From the NCBI GenBank assembly GCA_951406725.2, contig OX597833.1, positions 63,984,001 through 64,048,000 on the forward strand: a stretch of 64,000 bases of DNA, written 5' to 3'. Shown here in pieces: positions 57,139-64,000 of the stretch. The notes beneath the pieces are model-generated. The model worked only from the letters and a program-made list of their open reading frames with translations. It made no database searches and had not been told where the DNA came from. Numbering within the stretch: the stretch's first letter is position 1; each line of letters begins with the position of its first letter. Both the position numbers and the translations under genes were made by a program. The stretch is from Octopus vulgaris (lineage: Eukaryota).

Positions 57139-57974
57139 ATCGTTCGTGAAACCGAACGATTAAACTACTTTTTACAGTGTCCAGTAAGTACGTATTCATT
57201 AACTTTCACACGCAAAAGATTTACAACGACTTTGAAGTTTCTGCTTGCTCTACCTCATCATTTCGATAACGGTGAGGAAGCAACTTCGAAGTCACTATTC
57301 AAAATATGTCTTTATACATACATCATCATACATTTTTTGTTAGTTCCAATTTTATTTGATTTTAGAATTGCCCGATATACAATCTAACTTACTCCCTGTT
57401 TTTGCTTTCATGTGTTTCCGCGCAAACTTCACATCTTTTAAACCCCTTGCACTTTTGCTCCGCTTGATTTTCGTCTTAACGTCCATCTATGCTCGTCTGT
57501 AGGGGCACGGATGGAGAGTTTACGATGTTCTTCTGAACCGTGTACCGATTGGTTTCATCCCAGAGCGCATGAATTTTGGCGAGGAGTGTATCTCACCCAC
57601 ACGAACTTACAAGTATACTGTACACACCGCTTACTTCACCCAAAGAGGCAAACTTGCGCATTTAGGATCCACATCGAAGCTGCAGGACAACTTCCTTCTA
57701 CCTTTACGTTTGTGTTATTAAAGTGTAAGGCCTTAAAGGATATTATCTCTGGACAAACACAACTATTTCGCGATGTTGTGGTATTAGGTATAACATACAT
57801 GTAGCAGTGTTATGTAACCCGTTCGTCGTTGCAAACGATGACCACGGACATTACATGCTAGAAGAAGACGGAGCCCGTTGTGTCCGGCTGAGGTCGATCA
57901 ATCTGATGCCTGCTCCGAATGCTCTGTCGCAGGTCGGGTACAGAAGGCAAGGATTTGGAACAGAGTGGATTTGG

Positions 57975-58093
57975 TACAAGTGTGGTACAGAGAGACTGAG
58001 CATGCTCACAGCGACGAGTCAGTGGGTCGCAAGCAATGTTTTGAGTGGCACGGGCACTTCAAAAGCGAAAGAACATCCCTAGAAGACGATGAG
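57975..58093 (+). pseudogene. Mariner transposase N-terminal HTH relic
   Basis: SDESVGRKQCFEWHGHFKSERTSLEDDE matches the mariner 'YGDE..SR..CFEW..RFK.GR.SLEDDE' motif. Confidence 0.75.
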
Positions 58094-58544
58094 GATCTGA
58101 AAAACCTGCCACCAATATAATCTATACCAGTCATATTTTCCCTATTTGTCTCCGGTGACGGAATATTTCATATTTTCGGATATCCCAGAAGCAGCTGCAA
58201 TACATTAAATAATAATGACGTATATGACTTCAGATGCTTGACTTAGCGATTGTTGTCCTCTTTAACAAATATATATCCGCTATATCGGAAATCTACAATG
58301 GCTCCATAACTACCGTCTCGGCTATTAGCTTGGAGCCCTGGTAATCCGTTGCAGCACTTACCCAGCGTACCTAGTCGTTTACATTATCTGTGAAATAAAA
58401 TCCCCTATTCTGTAATATATATAAATATAAATAAATATATATATATATATATATATATAGACGCTAATGTCTTTTCAACTACCATAAAAACTCTGAGAAA
58501 TATAACAATGTAGGCAAAAGGTAATCACACACACACACACACAC

Positions 58545-58917
<373 letters not shown>

Positions 58918-58921
58918 TATA

Positions 58922-59112
58922 AAGTTAATCCAAACATGAACAAAGAGAAAGCACAACAACGCGAGGACGTGCAATAAGTATAGTGTTATTGGACGCTCGG
59001 GAAAGGAAGAAAGAAGGAGGATTTAATGTTTCGAGCGGAGCTCTTCGTCAGAAATATAGAAGAAAGGAAAAGTTCAAGGAAGGAAGACGGAGAAAATCGT
59101 CAACGATGCAAC
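58922..59112 (-). mobile_element. Short element with a minimal hammerhead at 59021-59055
   Basis: Minus strand: attt CTGACGA a gagc-tcc-gctc GAAA ca TT^ aaat. Confidence 0.72.
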
Positions 59113-59114
59113 AA

Positions 59115-59150
<36 letters not shown>

Positions 59151-59843
59151 TATATATAGCACTGTTGCTACAATTGGAACACAAGGTAACAAAAAAGCGG
59201 TTCCTTTTAATACCAGCAAGAAACAATAATGGACTTCTTCAATACACTCAACAGGAATATAGCGATTATACCAATTACCGACAAAACACCACCACATGGA
59301 TTCTATTGAGAACAGTAAGAAACGATTATGAACTTTTCAATTTTCACTTTGTATAATATTTTTGATAAGGTTCGTTTTTTCAAGAACCCAAACATGTAAA
59401 ATTCATAAGAAAATTAAAATTTATCATATAGAGTGGCGTTTTCAAACTTCTTTTTTACAAATATATATATATGTAGGTATTTATAAAATAAATGTACGTA
59501 TATATGTAGGTATGTATAAAATATTGGAAAGTTTTCAATTTAAACAACTTGTATTTATTTACATTTGGCTTCTAATCTGAATAATTTTCATTTTTCTCGT
59601 TGCAAGAAAAAAAAAAAATTCCCAAATCGTTTTTTGAATTTTCTAAATTTAGCTTCTGATTTCGTTTATAATATCAACCAAATGTTCTAACTCGTTTTTC
59701 CTTTTTTTATAAAATACTGTGTTTATGACACGTTCATCAGCGGTCATTCACTTTCTAGTCATTTTCAACATCACGGTCGTCGTCGTTGTCGTCGTCGTCG
59801 TAATCATCATCATTATCGTCACCCACTTCCTCCTTGTCCTCAT

Positions 59844-59844
<1 letters not shown>

Positions 59845-59919
<75 letters not shown>

Positions 59920-60004
59920 AACTACTACAACAACTACAACTACTACAACTACCACCACCACCACAACCACAACCACCACCACCACCACAACCACAACCAC
60001 CACC

Positions 60005-60057
<53 letters not shown>

Positions 60058-60139
60058 CACTACCACCACCACCACTACTTCCACCACCACCGCCACCACA
60101 AACACCACCACCACCACCAACACCACCAACACCACCACG

Positions 60140-60179
<40 letters not shown>

Positions 60180-60293
60180 TACTATCATCATTATTATAAC
60201 TATTATATGGAAGAGTCACTGAAGAATAACAGAATTACAGGATAGCAGATAATGACACGGACAACAACAACAACAACAGCAAATAATACTAAT

Positions 60294-60387
<94 letters not shown>

Positions 60388-60415
60388 GTAATAATAATGT
60401 TAATAATAATAACAA
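59845..60415. repeat. (TAC)n/(CAC)n followed by (AAT)n microsatellites
   Basis: Direct reading. Confidence 0.95.
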
Positions 60416-61044
60416 CTAATAAAGTACTCAACATCAATCTACATTCAAGAAATGAAAAGTGAAAAAAAAAAAAAATTTATAGAATTAATAGAAAATCAAA
60501 ACGGAATTTCGTCGGTCATCAATCACAAAACATGTCCTTAGATTCTTCCTCTCAATTTCTTGGATGTTTATATATTTTTTGCTTAAAATTCTACATTCGT
60601 ATAATTTATATGTTGCTGTTTATTTGTTTTTGTCATTTGATATTATTTCCCGCCACTGTTTAATAATTGTTTATATGTTTGTGTATATTTTTTTTTCATT
60701 GACCGAATCGTAATTCATTTCATATTGGTTTCATATTCTGGCACATGACCAACAATTTCGGGAGATGAGAGGAGAAGGGGAGGAGTCGATATGCCAAAAT
60801 TTAGAACCAGTTTTAAGCATTGTACTTAGCATACATATATACATACATGCATAGATAGATAGATACATAGATAGGTAGATAGATAGACTGATACATACAT
60901 AGAGGCAATTATTCGGTTAAAAACATTAGATGCATTAATTATATTACATATGTTAAACTTATTAAATATATTACATATGTTAAATGTATATTGAATATAA
61001 TAGTTTGGCTATGAAATGCAAAATATGTATATATATATATATAT

Positions 61045-61215
61045 AAGGAGAGTTTACGAAAAAAAAAACAAATGACGAAGACAGATGTATTAGTAAAACG
61101 CTCAGGAATAGAAAAAGTCTTTTACGTTTCGAGCCTACGCTCTTCTACAGAAAGGGACACAAAAAAAACACAAGGAGAGAAAAAATGTGTGTAGTGGCTA
61201 ACGATTAATCATGGC
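61045..61215 (-). mobile_element. Short element with a minimal hammerhead at 61119-61154
   Basis: Minus strand: cttt CTGTAGA a gagc-gtag-gctc GAAA cg TA^ aaag. Confidence 0.72.
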
Positions 61216-61239
61216 TATCTATATACATACATGCAAAAT

Positions 61240-64000
61240 GAGAGGAAGCAAAAGGTGGGGAGTTTCAGATGAGGACTTTTTAAGTAAACATATATGGATA
61301 TTTATATTAATAGGTCCAACTTAACACAGGGTACAAACGATAGAGAAAATTAAAGGGGTGGAAGAAAGGTGTTATAAGTCAAACAGCTGTTTCTGAGTCC
61401 TCGGAGAGCCATAATAATGTTGGTGGATGTAGTTCACCACAACATGCGGCCGTTCTCCACAATATTCGCCGCAACTAACAATGGATAAGACGAGACTCTC
61501 TCATCAGGGTAGAGAAGATGGTACATCTCAGATCTTAAATGCAGAGAAGTTCAAAGATGGAATGATAAAATATGAAGAGGTAGCTGTATTAGAGGTGGGG
61601 GAGTAGAAATGTTGCTGGGGTTATGGGGGGGATATTAGAACAGGAAATAGTGAGAGGAGAAAAGATAGTTCAGGAAGAGTTAAGGGTTAATAAGAAGGGC
61701 ACCAATTGGGAAAGTGGTAGAGGTGGAATGTTGGGAGATGAATAGCAGAGTAGTGTAGATAGTAAAATAAATAAATGCGCCCTTTTTTTAAAGCCTGGCT
61801 AGGTTCATGGGCCCGGTTTCCCGGTTTCAATGGCGTATGTGTTCCTCAGCTGGACGGGACGCCAGTCCATCGCAGCGTTACCCATTTTTGCCAGCTGAGT
61901 GGACTGGAGCAACGTGAAATGAAGGGTTTTGCTCAAGAACACAACGCCTCGACCGGTCCAGGAATCGAAATCAAAATCTTACGATCATGATGCTGACACG
62001 CTAACCACTAAGCCACGCGCCTCCACTAATAAATGCGCCCTTTTAAAGCCTAGCCAGCCTCATGGGCCCGGTTTCCCGGTTTCTATGGCGTATGTGTTCC
62101 CCAGCTGGACGGGACCCCAGTCCATCGCAGCGTTACTCATTTTTGCCAAATGAGTGGACTGGAGCAACATGAAATGAAGTGTTTTGCTCAAGAACACAAC
62201 GCATCGACCGGTCCAGGAATCGAAACCACAATCTTACGATTATGATGCTGACACCCTAACCACTAAGCCACGCGCCTCCACAGTGTAGATAGTATTTCAA
62301 TGAGAGTCATTTGTGTTGGGTTTGTCAAAGTTTAGGAATAATAGCTATAGAATTGTTGGAAGTTGAGATAGTGAGAAAAGCAATGGAAATTATTTGAGGG
62401 AGGTAAAATGTATAGCTCAGTAGTAGAGGGAAATTACTCAGGTATGTAGAAAGGTAGGAGAGAATATAGAGGGACGTGGACAAAGTGGGTTCCCTATGCA
62501 ATCACTTTCACCGTGGCTCATCGCACAATAGAAAACTGTCTATCTTCCTCAAACTAGGTGACACAAGGGACAGTTTATATCAATAATAAAATCCATACTT
62601 CCTGTGGATGTGCAATGGCTCAGTGGTTAGAGCAGCAGACTCGCGGCCATAGGATCGCGGTTTCGATTTCCTGACCGGGCGTTGTGAGTGTTTGTTGAGC
62701 AAATAGTAGGATAGTGAGCGTGGGTTTGTATTGGAGGGAGAGTACTGAGGTATGTAGAGATGTATGAAATTGAATTGGAGGTGAATCGAGAGGGATGGAG
62801 CGATTGATAGGTTAGGTTCGATTGGTAGGTTAATATCCAATTGAGTGGGGTAGTATTAAGTGGTTTTGGTTGAAGAGGAGGAATAAACGAAGGGAAAGAA
62901 TACGTCTGGTGAGGTCGGAGAGTCTATGAAGGAGGTGAAATGTGATGGGTTAGAGGAATTTGCCGAGGTAACAATGAGAAGAATAGTTTAATAAAAAGGG
63001 TGGTATTATTTGAGATGGTAAGTTGCTTGGCTGATCTTGTCCCACCTCAAGGTTAATTTTAATTCAGGATAATTATAGTTATGAAATTACATAGATATAA
63101 TAAAATAGGCAAATGATGCATAGAATTTGTGTTTACAAGATAGTATTACATCTGAGAATTTATTAAGTAATGAGGGCTTGTGGTGGCAAACGATGTTTAG
63201 CGATTCCCTCAGTCATCATTTACTATTGCTGAGTTTGTGTTATATGGTGGATCTTCCTTTATGATGAAACAGGATAGGGAACATGTTGAGATTTGTGGTT
63301 GTGTACATAAATTGTTAAGGATGTAGATAATTTTAGAATTAAGATTGGTGAACAGCTTCATTATTGCACGGCAGTGGCGCTTGAAATCAACAGTGCCACC
63401 GATATAGATCCTTGCTTGGTGGGATCTTGCTGGGAGCTTGGTGTTATAACACGGCATTTGTAAATTACATTTTTACGCAGAGAGAAACCTTCAAGTAGGC
63501 AGAGTTGAGATACCGGATATTTGCAAATTTTTCCTACCTTCTTTGCGGTTGGAGGTTACCATTGGATAGCTCAAATTCCTATGGTCCGTTATTGGTAAAG
63601 AAGAACTGAAAGTATAATCGGCGCCAGTATTGTATTGGGGGGGGGAGTATAGGTGGTCACATGGGTAGTATTGTGGGAAAATGCTTTGAGTCTGTTATTA
63701 TTTAATCGGGGTGGTGGTACTAAGGGTTGTATTATTGCCACTAGGTGGGTTAATGTGAGGTGCAGGGGGACTAATTGCACGTTCGAAGGACTGGTGCTGT
63801 AGTCTACATCTGTTAAAGGAGACGATTATTGATCCTAAATTAGGAGTTGTAGAATAGGAGATTTTAACTGGTGATCTATTAAAAAAAGGGTAGTATTTAT
63901 GCTGTGATGGGAAGTTACAGTTTAGGATCTTAAGGAAAGGATTGGGTAGAGATTTAACTTAGAGGGAGAAAGGTGGTACAAACCATGGGATCTCACGCTG
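61240..64000 (-). mobile_element. Degraded Penelope-like element (GIY-YIG endonuclease region and long downstream region) with SINE insertions; the left boundary is uncertain
   Basis: Minus strand ~63190-63560 reads KNVIYKCRV..(frameshift)..RIYIGGTVDFKR..IIKEDPPYNTNS; strong strand-compositional skew continues leftwards; hammerhead-like motif at 61382-61510. Confidence 0.7.
61765..62281 (-). mobile_element. SINE family C (head H2 + tail T1) full-length dimer within one TSD
   Basis: Two ~255 bp complete units; TSD AGTGTAGATAGTA at 61752-61764 and 62282-62294. Confidence 0.9.

Noticed and set aside
57511-57975. Short ORFs upstream of the mariner relic as a gene or LINE RT fragment
   Set aside because: No motif I can identify with confidence

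Overview
AT-rich, repeat-saturated eukaryotic non-coding DNA. The tRNA-derived SINE families and the density of (TA)n/(AAT)n/(GAA)n tracts look like an Octopus (cephalopod) genome; this is recognition from memory, not a database match. I see no credible host exon, and almost all listed ORFs are microsatellite artefacts. The transposon relics are three mariner copies, an R4/Dong RLE-LINE 3' end, two CR1/L2-group LINE fragments, a non-autonomous Helitron, two MITE-like foldbacks and a Penelope-like (GIY-YIG) element running off the right edge. The main finding is a set of type I hammerhead ribozymes in short non-coding elements embedded in (TA)n tracts. They include a retrozyme-like tandem array of ~341-353 bp monomers with an inverted arm (46256-47186) and a divergent relative (54208-54495) carrying a U3-A8 core variant. 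These two elements share a second, unnamed RNA motif ~58 nt downstream of the cleavage site that is supported by compensatory base changes. Also notable: SINE multimers inserted as single events inside one TSD pair, all four head x tail combinations of one SINE group, and a LINE 3' end that matches the tail of the commonest SINE.
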